A stretch of 64,000 bases of DNA from NCBI GenBank assembly GCA_963770565.1, contig CAVYQE010000011.1, positions 672,001 through 736,000 of the forward strand, written 5' to 3'. How positions within the stretch are numbered: position 1 is the first letter of the stretch; every line of letters starts with the position of its first letter. Of this stretch, positions 49,647 to 58,997 are shown piece by piece. Both the position numbers and the translations under genes were made by a program. The notes beneath the pieces were generated by a model, which worked only from the letters and a program-made list of their open reading frames with translations, searched no databases and was not told where the DNA came from. Source of the stretch: an uncultured Actinomycetota bacterium (GTDB taxonomy: Bacteria > Actinomycetota > Actinomycetes > JAFAQI01).

Positions 49647-50986
49647 CCGATGCCGACTTCGACGTCATCGTCCTCGGCGCCGGCTCGCCGGGCGAGCATT
49701 GTGCGGGTGCGCTCGCTGCGGGCGGGCTGCGGGTGGCGGTCGTCGAACGCGAGCTGGTCGGCGGTGAGTGCTCGTACTGGGCGTGCATCCCGTCGAAGAC
49801 GCTGCTGCGTCCCGGTGAGGCGGTTCATGCCGCCAACGACGCGGCCGGGTCCGCCACCGTCGACGTGGAGGCGGCCCTTGCCTGGCGTGACTTCATGGTC
49901 TCGGGCTACTCGGACGCCGGTCAGGAGAAGTGGCTGGCCGGCAACGGCATCACCCTGATCCGTGGCAGCGGCCGACTCACCGGCCCCGGTGCGGTCGACG
50001 TGGACGGTGCCCGCCACACCGCCCGGCACGTGGTCATCGCGACCGGCGCGGACGCGGTCGTGCCGCCGATCCCCGGCCTCCGCGAGCTCGACGGGATCTG
50101 GACCAACCGCGAGGTGACCGGCATGAAGGCCGTGCCCCGCCGCCTCCTCGTGCTCGGCGGCGGACCGGTCGGCGTCGAGATGGCCCAGGCGGTACGCCGG
50201 TTCGGCGGTGAGGTCGCAATCGTCGAGAGCGGTGCTCGCGTGCTCGGGCGCGAGGCCGCACCGCTGGGTGAGGCGCTCGGCACCGTGCTGGCGGGCGACG
50301 GCATCGAGCTGCATCTCGGCGTGAGTGCCACGGCGGCCCGGCGGGAGGGCAGCGAGTATGTCGTCGAGCTCGACGATGGAAGCCAGCTACAGGGCGATCA
50401 CCTGTTGGTTGCTACCGGGCGCAAGCCGCGGGTGACGAACCTGGGGCTGGACACGGTCGGCGTCACGGTCGAGGGTCGCGGCGTACCGGTGGATGCGCAG
50501 CTGAGAGTGGCTGACGGGCTGTGGGCGATCGGCGACGCGACCGGGATCTGGCAGCTGACGCACGTCGGCAAGTACCAGGGTGACGTGGTCGCCGCCAACA
50601 TCCTCGGCGAGTCACGGACGGCGAACTACGAGGCAGTGCCGCGGGTCGTCTTCACCGATCCGGAGGCTGCCGCGGTCGGCGATACGACGGCGTCTTTCAG
50701 CGGGACCGCCTTGCTCCGGGAGGTCGCGAAGATGGAGACCTACTCGCGGGCGTATGCCGACAGCAACGGCTTCCTGACGCTGCTCAGCGACGGCGAGCGC
50801 CTCACCGGTGCTTACGCCCTCGGCCCGGAGGCGGGCGAGTGGCTGCAGCAAGCGACGCTGGCGATCCGGGCCAAGGTCCAGCTCGACGTGCTGGTCGACA
50901 CGATTCAGCCGTTCCCGACCTTCTCCGAGATCTACGCTGGCGCGCTCGGCGCGCTTCGTACGTCGATTCGTACACCGGGCGCCTAG
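49643..50986 (+). CDS. Class I pyridine nucleotide-disulfide oxidoreductase
   Basis: [32 protein letters not shown]-terminal QPFPTFSE. Confidence 0.92.
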   Translation: MTDADFDVIVLGAGSPGEHCAGALAAGGLRVAVVERELVGGECSYWACIPSKTLLRPGEAVHAANDAAGSATVDVEAALAWRDFMVSGYSDAGQEKWLAGNGITLIRGSGRLTGPGAVDVDGARHTARHVVIATGADAVVPPIPGLRELDGIWTNREVTGMKAVPRRLLVLGGGPVGVEMAQAVRRFGGEVAIVESGARVLGREAAPLGEALGTVLAGDGIELHLGVSATAARREGSEYVVELDDGSQLQGDHLLVATGRKPRVTNLGLDTVGVTVEGRGVPVDAQLRVADGLWAIGDATGIWQLTHVGKYQGDVVAANILGESRTANYEAVPRVVFTDPEAAAVGDTTASFSGTALLREVAKMETYSRAYADSNGFLTLLSDGERLTGAYALGPEAGEWLQQATLAIRAKVQLDVLVDTIQPFPTFSEIYAGALGALRTSIRTPGA

Positions 50987-51030
50987 GCGCCCGATGTACC
51001 CCAGTTCGCGCGTAGTAGAGGACGGCTGAG

Positions 51031-51912
51031 GTGCCCTGGCTACCCGACTTCGTCAGTGCGGTGGAGCTGGCCCGGGTGCAGACTCGCGATGCCGCGCTCG
51101 CCGACCCGGCCGCGTCGTACCTGCAGGCGCTCAGTCGCGGCGAGACCCGCGACCTGGAGGCCGCCTGGCCGGGCAAGGTCGTGGTCTACGACCCCCGCGC
51201 CGGGGAGATCAGGGGTCACCACCGGCTCCGCAGGTTCATCCACGACAACCACGCCTGGTTCGACGCGCACGACGCGCGGATCGAGCGGGTGGCGTCCACC
51301 TGCGCCGGCCGGCGGGCGGTCCTGGAGCTGCTAGTGCGCCTGACCGTCGATGACGGAGAGCAGGTCGCCTGGCCGATCGCCGTCGTGGCCGAGTCGCCCG
51401 ACGACCTGTCGGTGGTGTTCCGCACGTACTGCAGCCAATGGCCGGTCTCCGGGCAGCGGCCCGTCCGAGCGGCCATCCTGCCTCCGGGCGACGAAGGCCT
51501 CGCCGACGTGGTCGCCCGCTTCCACTCGGCGCTGGACTCCGGTGACGCCGAAGCGATCGTGAACGCCTTCGCCGCCGACGGGTACTACGGCGAGCCGATC
51601 GGCCGGCATCCGGTCCACCACGGCGCCGCCGAGCTTCGCGATTTCTTCGCCGAGCGGCTACGCGACGGCGGGATCGGCCTGCAGCACTGCGCGGTCACCG
51701 ACGACGGGGTCCGTTGCGCGCTGGAGTACAACTGCGTCCGCTGGGGCTCCGAGGACCTGGCCCCGCAAGCGGGAATAGGTGTCTACGAGCGTCGGCCGGA
51801 CGGATTGCTGGCTGCGGCCCGCGTGTACGACGACGTCGTACCCCCGACTATCGGCCATGGGGCCGGGGTACGCCAGGAAGTCAACAACCCGACGCGGTCG
51901 AAAGGCGGCTAA
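51031..51912 (+). CDS. Tandem SnoaL/NTF2-like protein
   Basis: Two NTF2-like repeats (DPRAGEIRG; F..DG...EP.G...G..EL..FF), ARVYDD. Confidence 0.75.
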   Translation: MPWLPDFVSAVELARVQTRDAALADPAASYLQALSRGETRDLEAAWPGKVVVYDPRAGEIRGHHRLRRFIHDNHAWFDAHDARIERVASTCAGRRAVLELLVRLTVDDGEQVAWPIAVVAESPDDLSVVFRTYCSQWPVSGQRPVRAAILPPGDEGLADVVARFHSALDSGDAEAIVNAFAADGYYGEPIGRHPVHHGAAELRDFFAERLRDGGIGLQHCAVTDDGVRCALEYNCVRWGSEDLAPQAGIGVYERRPDGLLAAARVYDDVVPPTIGHGAGVRQEVNNPTRSKGG

Positions 51913-52490
51913 TGATGAGGTCCGACATCGTGCCGGGCGGCGTGTTTCCCGACTACTCACTCCCTGACCACACCGGCACCGTCCGCTCGCTGTCCGAGGT
52001 GCAGGGCGACGACCCGATGATCCTCACGCTCGCGCGCGGCCACTACTGCCCGAAGGAGCATCAGCAGCATCGGGAGCTGGCGGGCTTCCAGTCGAAGGTC
52101 GCGGTCGCGTACACCCAGATCGCGACGATCGCGACCGACGAGCACCACACCCTGCAGGAGTTCCGCCTAGCGGTCGGCGCCCAGTGGCCGTTCTTCTCCG
52201 ACCCGGAACGGACCGTCCAGCGCGACCTCGACATCAAGGAGTACACCGACCCGGACAACGACCCGATGATCCCGCACACCTTCGTGCTGAAGCCGGGGCT
52301 GGTGATTCACACGATCTACAACGGTTATTGGTTCTGGGGCCGGCCGTCGGTGGTCGAGCTGTGGCACGACCTGCGCGTCGCGTTCAGCGAGGTCCGGCCG
52401 GACTGGGATCTCAGCAAGCCCGGCCTGCGGGAGGCGTGGGACGCCGGCGACTACTCGCCGTTCCACGGTTGGGACAAGAAGGCCAAGTAA
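51912..52490 (+). CDS. Redoxin/AhpC-TSA-like thioredoxin-fold protein
   Basis: PG..FPDY.LPDH.G, RGHYCPKE, SDPER, PHTFVL. Confidence 0.85.
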   Translation: MMRSDIVPGGVFPDYSLPDHTGTVRSLSEVQGDDPMILTLARGHYCPKEHQQHRELAGFQSKVAVAYTQIATIATDEHHTLQEFRLAVGAQWPFFSDPERTVQRDLDIKEYTDPDNDPMIPHTFVLKPGLVIHTIYNGYWFWGRPSVVELWHDLRVAFSEVRPDWDLSKPGLREAWDAGDYSPFHGWDKKAK

Positions 52491-52503
52491 CCGACGCTCC
52501 GCC

Positions 52504-52559
52504 CGCTCGCCGCTCGTCGCTCGCCGCTCGTCGCTCGTCGCTCGTCGCTCGTCGCTCGA
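52504..52559. repeat. 7-bp tandem repeat (CGCTCGY)x8
   Basis: cgctcgc cgctcgt cgctcgc cgctcgt x4 cgctcga, between convergent stop codons. Confidence 0.9.
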
Positions 52560-52564
52560 CGCCG

Positions 52565-52867
52565 TCAGCCGGCGCCGCTCTTCGCCGGGTCATTCGGGTG
52601 CGGCGAGAGCGGCGTGACCTCGTCGGTTCGCCAGATCCGCAGCGGCATCGAGGCGAGAATGCCTTCGAGCCCGTCGGCGTCGGGTGCCGAGAACAGGCCG
52701 ATGGTGCGCCACTCGCCGGGCTGCAGGGGTGGGCGCCACAGCCGGAGCAGGTGCCCTTGGGCGGCGAGCTCGCGCGAGCGTGCGGCTTCGCGCTGCCGGA
52801 CCTCGTCGACTGCTTCCTCGGAGGTTCCTTCGGGCACGTGCGCGGTCATGCTGACGAGATACTCGAT
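52565..52867 (-). CDS. Muconolactone delta-isomerase family protein (apparent ATC start or pseudogene)
   Basis: EYLV.MT..VP, RE.ARS.EL..QG.L.RLWR.P, L.SMPL..W...V.PL..HPN. Confidence 0.8.
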   Translation of the reverse strand: MEYLVSMTAHVPEGTSEEAVDEVRQREAARSRELAAQGHLLRLWRPPLQPGEWRTIGLFSAPDADGLEGILASMPLRIWRTDEVTPLSPHPNDPAKSGAG

Positions 52868-53011
52868 CGGGCACCTCCTCGACCGCTGGCCTTTCGCCAC
52901 GCCAGGATTTCGCGCTGGCAGGTCGCTCGTGGTGCACGATAACGCCGACCTGCGGCGACCTGCGCAACGGTTCGGCTGATTCGGCCCGCGGCTGTCCTGG
53001 ATACTGCATGG

Positions 53012-53722
53012 ATGAACACAGGGCGCAGGGCGTCGGTCAGGTTGCGGGCAGCGGTTGTGGTCGGAACAGCGGCGCTCGTCGGCGTGTCGGTGGCGCCACC
53101 GGCGTGGGGCAGCGGCAAGGACCGCGAGTTCGCCGGCTACCTCGTCCACCGGGCTGGTGGAATCCGCGCGGTTGCCGCCGAGTTCACCATCCCCACCACC
53201 ACGTGCAAGAGCAACAACCAGATCGCGCTCGGCCCCGGCGTCTACCTGCAGCAGACCACGCTCGATGCGAGTAACGGAGTCGCAACTGGCGTCTACGAGG
53301 AGGTGGAATGCCTCGCCGCGGGGCAGGCCGGCAGCTTGTACGTCGGGATCTTCATCAATGCGATGGCCCACAAGACGCTCGTGGTCTCGCCCGGTGACGT
53401 CATCGGCGTGTCCCTGAAGCGCAGCGGCGGAAAGATCGCCGTCAAGGCGATCGACCACACGACGAAGACGACGATCACCGGGACCGGCAAGGAGAAGCAT
53501 GCCGAGACCTATGCGCTGTTCGGCTACTACCAGCCCGGAACCACGGCCTGGCAGCATCCGCACACCAGCCCGACGCCGTACACGTTTGCGACCGTCAACG
53601 GCGCGGCGCTGTCGAAGGCGCATCCTCGCGCCATCAACTGCGTGCGCGGCCACACCGTGCAGTTCCGGCCCAGCAAGATCACGCACGGCGAAGACTTCAC
53701 GATCACCTTCGTTCACAGCTGA
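53012..53722 (+). CDS. Secreted protein, G1 (peptidase A4) glutamic-peptidase-like fold
   Basis: Signal peptide; FAGY..., V.AEFTIPT.TC, V.PGDVI.VS resemble the G1 scaffold. Confidence 0.55.
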   Translation: MNTGRRASVRLRAAVVVGTAALVGVSVAPPAWGSGKDREFAGYLVHRAGGIRAVAAEFTIPTTTCKSNNQIALGPGVYLQQTTLDASNGVATGVYEEVECLAAGQAGSLYVGIFINAMAHKTLVVSPGDVIGVSLKRSGGKIAVKAIDHTTKTTITGTGKEKHAETYALFGYYQPGTTAWQHPHTSPTPYTFATVNGAALSKAHPRAINCVRGHTVQFRPSKITHGEDFTITFVHS

Positions 53723-53803
53723 CCCGCCGCCGCAGTGCCGGCCGGGGGAGCGGTGGCGGCGTGTCTAACTAGATCAATATAAGTGGTCTGCTACAGTAAT
53801 CTC

Positions 53804-53878
53804 ATGACCGCGCTCCACTCCCGCCGCCACATCGACCTCGAGCGGGTAGCCAGCGCCGTGTGTCTCGTCCTCGCCTGA
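53804..53878 (+). CDS. Putative Cys-containing leader peptide MTALHSRRHIDLERVASAVCLVLA
   Basis: RRHIDL.RVASA.C motif typical of actinobacterial leader peptides before sulfur genes; absent from the ORF track. Confidence 0.8.
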   Translation: MTALHSRRHIDLERVASAVCLVLA

Positions 53879-53925
53879 CGTCCGCCGCCGCCTCTGCGGC
53901 TCCGTTCGATCGAGGAAGTTCCCCG

Positions 53926-54420
53926 ATGACCATGACCGATCTATCCGTGTCTCATTCCCTCGACACCGAGAACCTCGCGGCGCTGGTCCGCGAGTTCGCC
54001 GACAACCCGACGGCCTGGCTGGGCGGCGTCCGATTCGTCGCGGACGAGCGCTGGTGGACCCGGCTGCATTCCGACGAGACCGTCGACGTGTGGCTGCTCA
54101 CCTGGGTCCAGGACACCGGGACCGATCTGCACGATCACGGCGCCAGTGCGGGCGCCTTCACCGTCGTCTCCGGTCGGCTCGAAGAGGTCCGGCCGTCCGG
54201 GCCGACGGCGACGTTGGCCGCCACGACGCTGCAGCCCGGTGAGGTGCGCCGGATCGAGCCGGGTGCGGTCCACGACGTACGAAGCCCGTCAAAGGTGCCG
54301 GCAATCAGCATCCACGCCTACTCGCCGCCGTTGCGCGAGATGACCTTCTACGAGCTGACCGGCGCCGGGCCCGTTCCCACCCGCACGGTCGCTACCGCAG
54401 CCGATTGGAGCCACGCATGA
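53926..54420 (+). CDS. Cysteine dioxygenase family cupin
   Basis: VWLLTW, LHDHG.S.GA, G.L.E, VHDV, SIHAYSPPL. Confidence 0.9.
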   Translation: MTMTDLSVSHSLDTENLAALVREFADNPTAWLGGVRFVADERWWTRLHSDETVDVWLLTWVQDTGTDLHDHGASAGAFTVVSGRLEEVRPSGPTATLAATTLQPGEVRRIEPGAVHDVRSPSKVPAISIHAYSPPLREMTFYELTGAGPVPTRTVATAADWSHA

Positions 54421-54806
54421 CCACCGCCACGATCGATACCGTCCTCACCGAGGTCCGGCACCGGCTCGAGCGGCTAGGCCCGCGCGACGCCCAGATCGCG
54501 GCCGCCGCCGGCGCGCTGCTCGTCGACATCCGTCCCGAGGTCAACCGCCGGGGCGAAGGCGAGATCCCGGGTGCGATCGCCGTCGACCGCAACGTCCTTG
54601 AGTGGCGGCTCGACCCCGCGTCGGACGCCCGCATCGCGCAGGCGTCGTACGACGCGTGGATCGTCTTGTTCTGCAACGAGGGCTACGCGTCGAGCCTGGC
54701 CGCGGCCTCGCTGCAGGAGCTCGGCGTCTCGATGGCGACCGACATGATCGGCGGCTACCGCGCCTGGAGGGCGCTCGGGCTCCCGGTCACGCCGCCTTCT
54801 GAGTGA
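54417..54806 (+). CDS. Single-domain rhodanese
   Basis: LLVDIRP, EIPGA, RNVLEWRLDP, CNEGYASSLAA, GGY.AW; ATGA overlap. Confidence 0.92.
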   Translation: MTTATIDTVLTEVRHRLERLGPRDAQIAAAAGALLVDIRPEVNRRGEGEIPGAIAVDRNVLEWRLDPASDARIAQASYDAWIVLFCNEGYASSLAAASLQELGVSMATDMIGGYRAWRALGLPVTPPSE

Positions 54807-54981
54807 CCACCTCGTTGTCCGCCATTTGGTGGACCGGGACGTCTTCGGATCTCAGCGCACAGCCGCTGCCGGTACCTCTGCCCACCGGCTGCTAGGCGGA
54901 CTGATCAAGACCGATCGACCGACAAGGGCAGCGGACCTTCGGCTCTGCCGGTGACCTCGCCATCGTGGTCGTGTCATACGA

Positions 54982-57171
54982 GTGGTGACCGCAGGCAGGT
55001 TGGCCACCGTGACGGCTGCGGTGTTGTTGCTGCTTCCGGCGTCGGCCGCTTTGGCGGTGACCGGTCACCGGCCGCACTCAGGGTCGGCCGCGGTGCCAGG
55101 GTCGCAGCTGCCACCACGAGCGACGAATGCCGCACTGCCTCCTGAGCAGCTCCGCGGCCGAGGGGCCTGCCAGCACCTTCGTCCGACCGGTAGCCACCGG
55201 GTCTCAGTGTGCGTCGCAGGCCTCGAACCGCTGACCGCATCCGGCTTGCAGGCGGTTGTCGCTGATACCAGCTCGGGGGCGTCTCGCTCGCTGCTGAGCA
55301 CCTGCTCGACGAGTGCGATCGCAGATCGTTTCGTGACGTGCGCAACGGCACGAGGCGACTTTGTGGTGAGGCGACGTGAGCCCGGTCGGACCGCCGTACA
55401 TCGGGCGCCGCTAGCGATCGTCCAGATCTGGCAGACGTCGTCCGGGTCGTTGGTGATCCACCACTCCGTCTATGTCGATGAGCTTGGCGGGACGGGTCGC
55501 GCACTCGGTTCCGTTCAGGTGGCCTTGGCCAACTCGCACGTTCGAAGCGGGCACAACGTGATCGGGGTGGAGCGTCGGCACCGACTGACGCCGCGTCATA
55601 CCTCCGTTTGGCATCTCGTCGATCGCGAGGTGCTGCGCGATGGCGCCGCGACGAGCCAACGCACGGGAGTCGCCTATCTGGTGCGGAGCGAGGCTGGAAC
55701 TGCGCCGTCGGAGTTCGCAACAGTCGGATCGCATGCCTGGCGGTGCAACGGAGTCGGCACAAACGCCGGTTGTGTTGCGCCGTTGGTGATGCCCACCCTC
55801 ACTCTCGATGCGAACGTCTCGGGCGTTCTCGACCTGGTTGCACGTCAACTCAGCGAGGCCCAACTGGACGGCGCGCCAGGTGCGCCGGGGACCAGTCGGC
55901 CGCTTCGTGCCGTCACTCCCTCGGTGGAATCCGCCCAGCGCACCGCAGACTGTGCGGGCCTGACGCCGGACGGTCAGTTCGATGGTTGCAGCGTGTATCC
56001 GCCGGTCAACTCGGTCCAGGCCGGCGCTGCAGACAGTCCCGACGTGCGCGCACTTGCCCCTGCCGCGACCGCAGCGGCGACAGCGGCGATGCGGTCGTTC
56101 ACGTCGGTCGACCACATCCTGCCCGGTGACCGGTTCTACGAGGAAGCACAGGTGCGCACCGATCGAACCGGCCCCCGCATCATGATCGTGGGCGACTCGA
56201 TCTCTGAAGGCCACGAGGGCGAGTCGACCTGGCGCTACCGGCTGTGGCAGGAGCTTACGGTCAACAACGCCGACGCAACCTTTGTCGGGCCTTGGATCGG
56301 TACCGATCTCTTGGAGCCGCTGAGCTATAGCGGCCCGACGCCGCCGCACGACGGGTTGTACCGGCCGGGGATCGAGTTCGACAGTGCCAACGACGCTCAA
56401 TGGGGCTGGACCTTGGACGCCGCTACGTCGACGATCCAGGCCACGGTCGCGTCGTACCAGCCGGACGTCATCCTCGTCGAGCTGGGCTATAACGACCTGG
56501 CGTTCGGGGTGCATACCCCGGCCGGCCTCGTCGATGAACTCGGCACCTTCGTTCAGAACGCTCGAGCCGCCAACCCGAACGTGACGGTCGTCGTCAGCAA
56601 CGTGGTGCACCGGGACCCGGGCACCACGTCGGCCACCATCGAGACGGCCATCACGACGTACGACGGCGACCTGCCGGCCGCCATCGCCGGCCTGTCGACG
56701 TCCGGGTCTCCGGTCTATCTGGCCGACGTCGACTCGCAATACCCAACGCCACAAGACACCTACGACGGGCTGCACCCCAACAACGTCGGCGAATATGCCA
56801 TCGCCGGAGCGTTTGCCACCAGCCTGTCGGCCGACGCCGGGATCGGGGCGCCGATCCCGGCCAGCGTGATCCCGACCAGCGTGGTCGTCCCTCCGCTTGC
56901 CACGCCGACCGGCCTCACTGCTGTCGCGTCGGCGGGCGGGACCGTCACGCTGACGTGGAACCACGCCTTCGGCGCCACTGCGTATGACCTCTATGCGGCT
57001 GACCTCACCAAGGGCCAGGCCCTGACCCTGTCGTCAAGCACGGTCGGCGCCGACGGAATCGTGCGGACCGTGCTGTATCACGGCGACACGTATGAGTTCG
57101 CTGTCAGCAGCGAGTTCGGCTCATCCTCGGGCTCGACCAGCAGCCCCGTCACAGTGGTCACAACGGCCTGA
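54982..57171 (+). CDS. Secreted multidomain protein: degenerate NucA/NucB-like region + SGNH/GDSL hydrolase + FnIII
   Basis: Signal peptide; SGNH blocks GDSIS, ELGYND, DGLHPN; C-terminal PTGLTA..LTW..Y..Y.F.V FnIII. Confidence 0.8.
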   Translation: MVTAGRLATVTAAVLLLLPASAALAVTGHRPHSGSAAVPGSQLPPRATNAALPPEQLRGRGACQHLRPTGSHRVSVCVAGLEPLTASGLQAVVADTSSGASRSLLSTCSTSAIADRFVTCATARGDFVVRRREPGRTAVHRAPLAIVQIWQTSSGSLVIHHSVYVDELGGTGRALGSVQVALANSHVRSGHNVIGVERRHRLTPRHTSVWHLVDREVLRDGAATSQRTGVAYLVRSEAGTAPSEFATVGSHAWRCNGVGTNAGCVAPLVMPTLTLDANVSGVLDLVARQLSEAQLDGAPGAPGTSRPLRAVTPSVESAQRTADCAGLTPDGQFDGCSVYPPVNSVQAGAADSPDVRALAPAATAAATAAMRSFTSVDHILPGDRFYEEAQVRTDRTGPRIMIVGDSISEGHEGESTWRYRLWQELTVNNADATFVGPWIGTDLLEPLSYSGPTPPHDGLYRPGIEFDSANDAQWGWTLDAATSTIQATVASYQPDVILVELGYNDLAFGVHTPAGLVDELGTFVQNARAANPNVTVVVSNVVHRDPGTTSATIETAITTYDGDLPAAIAGLSTSGSPVYLADVDSQYPTPQDTYDGLHPNNVGEYAIAGAFATSLSADAGIGAPIPASVIPTSVVVPPLATPTGLTAVASAGGTVTLTWNHAFGATAYDLYAADLTKGQALTLSSSTVGADGIVRTVLYHGDTYEFAVSSEFGSSSGSTSSPVTVVTTA

Positions 57172-57246
57172 CAAGCGGTGTCACCCTGGCCTGGCGCACC
57201 TGCCGCGTGGTAGTCAGAGGCGTAAGGCGACGGAGGGAGCCGGGCC

Positions 57247-57729
57247 ATGAGCGACGACCACCCAACGACACCCATTGGTGGCGCCGCCGCCCCCGGCGTC
57301 GGGGGAGCGGGACCCGCCCAACCGGGACCACCCGATCCAGCTCCGGCCGAAACTCGCGATCGCTGGCTCTACGGCCTCGGGTCAGTCGGTATCGGCGTGC
57401 TCGCCCTCCTGATCGCCTACATCGTCTTTGTCTTGAAGGGGTCGCCGTCGACCGGCGCTACCGCACTGGGCGCGATTGCCAGCCCGATCGCCGCGATGGT
57501 CGCGGCGTACTTCGGCGTCCAGGCCTCCACGTCTGCGGCCAAGGACTCACAGGCCTCGGCGAAGACCGCCCAGAAGGCGGCGCTTGACTCGCAGGCGAAC
57601 GCGCAGAGTGCGCATGAGCAGAAGAGCGCCGCGCTGGCGCAGGCCGCTTCGGCTCTGACCGCATTGGAGATGCGGGGGCATGGCGACGACGCGGACGCGA
57701 TTCGAAGCAGGTTCCCGGGCAGCCAGTGA
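57247..57729 (+). CDS. 2-TM membrane protein with Ala/Gln-rich coiled-coil tail
   Basis: RBS GGAGGGAG; two hydrophobic helices ending AAYFGVQ. Confidence 0.7.
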   Translation: MSDDHPTTPIGGAAAPGVGGAGPAQPGPPDPAPAETRDRWLYGLGSVGIGVLALLIAYIVFVLKGSPSTGATALGAIASPIAAMVAAYFGVQASTSAAKDSQASAKTAQKAALDSQANAQSAHEQKSAALAQAASALTALEMRGHGDDADAIRSRFPGSQ

Positions 57730-57740
57730 TACGTCGACAT

Positions 57741-57756
57741 TTCGGGAAGGCCCGAA
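57741..57756. promoter_or_regulatory. Inverted-repeat operator upstream of ArsR gene
   Basis: TTCGGG-AAGG-CCCGAA, 25 bp before start. Confidence 0.55.
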
Positions 57757-57780
57757 GCGTCGCTGCATTAGCGTCGGGTC

Positions 57781-58506
57781 GTGGGAGCAGATCTTGCCAA
57801 GGTGGCCCGGCTGCTGGCCAACCCGGCCCGCGCCAGGATGGTCGTGTCCCTGCTTGACGGTCGGCCGTGTTCGGCGGGGGAGTTGGGCCGGACGGCCGCG
57901 GTGAAGGCGTCGACGGCAAGTGAACATCTCGCCGACCTTGTCGCCGGCGGCCTGGTGTCCGTCCGGGTCGAGGGTCGGCACCGATACTTCTCGATCGCCT
58001 CGCCCGAGGTGGCTCAGGCGTTGGAGGCCTTCTCGCAGATCTGCCCGACCGAGGAGGTGCATTCACTGCGACAGTCGGCGGAGATGCGGGCGTTGGGCTA
58101 CGCCCGGACCTGCTACGACCATCTCGCCGGCGTCCTCGGGGTCGCGTTCTTCGACGGTCTCCAGGCGGCCGGCTGGCTGACCGTCGACGGCGACGCGATT
58201 GCCGTCACCACTCATGGGCAGGCGCGTCTCGACGACCTGGGCATCGATGTTGCGGCGCTGCGTAGTCAGCGGCGTAGCTTCGCGCGGCCGTGCCTGGACT
58301 GGACCGAGCGCAAGCCCCATCTCGCCGGGTCGCTCGCCGCGGCGCTGACCTCAGTCGCGCTGGAGCGGGGCTGGCTCGAGCGACACGAGCGGCGGCGAGG
58401 GCTGTCGATCACCCCCGCGGGCAAGCGGTACATGCCCATACACCTCGACCTGGTCATCCCGCCGGATCCGACGGCGAACGGCAGCACTGCTCGCGCGGTT
58501 GCCTGA
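57781..58506 (+). CDS. ArsR/SmtB regulator with C-terminal extension
   Basis: LANPARA, STASEHL, GRHRYF, ARTCYDHLAG, CLDWTER..HLAG. Confidence 0.92.
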   Translation: MGADLAKVARLLANPARARMVVSLLDGRPCSAGELGRTAAVKASTASEHLADLVAGGLVSVRVEGRHRYFSIASPEVAQALEAFSQICPTEEVHSLRQSAEMRALGYARTCYDHLAGVLGVAFFDGLQAAGWLTVDGDAIAVTTHGQARLDDLGIDVAALRSQRRSFARPCLDWTERKPHLAGSLAAALTSVALERGWLERHERRRGLSITPAGKRYMPIHLDLVIPPDPTANGSTARAVA

Positions 58507-58562
58507 CCCGCAACGCACGAGCATGCTGACCGGCACGTGCCGACCGCCGTACGGAGGACCTG

Positions 58563-58997
58563 ATGACCGAGGACAGACCCGCAGGCATTGAGGGAATCGC
58601 GCCGACCGGGCGGCTGTCGTATGAGCCGGCGATGGATCTGGTGTCCGAGCCCGGTGACCCCAGCGGCTCGAAGTGCAGGTGGCTCTTGGCGCCGCTCCCG
58701 GAGTCCTGGTCCGACTTCGTCCTCAGCGAGTGGGAGCTGGAACGGATCGGGTGGACCGACCTGCACCCTCACGACGAGACCAACATCGTGGTCGAAGGCG
58801 AGTTGCACGTGGAGTGTGAAGGCGAGACCGTCGTCGTCGGCCCGCGCGGCACGGTGCAGGTGCCGGCCGGAAAGGTCGGGCGGTATTGGGCACCCGTCTA
58901 CGCGCGCATGATCGCCGTGTACGGCCCCAACCCGACTGGCGCCAGGACCGAGTACGGCGAGTACTGGGAGATCCCGTCCGACGACCCGTCTAGGTGA
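58563..58997 (+). CDS. Cupin domain protein (EutQ/DUF861-like)
   Basis: WTDLHPHDETN.V.EGELH, VPAG; RBS GGAGGA. Confidence 0.8.
   Translation: MTEDRPAGIEGIAPTGRLSYEPAMDLVSEPGDPSGSKCRWLLAPLPESWSDFVLSEWELERIGWTDLHPHDETNIVVEGELHVECEGETVVVGPRGTVQVPAGKVGRYWAPVYARMIAVYGPNPTGARTEYGEYWEIPSDDPSR

Noticed and set aside
57247-57729. Holin or prophage remnant
   Set aside because: 2-TM topology alone is insufficient, and there are no neighbouring phage genes
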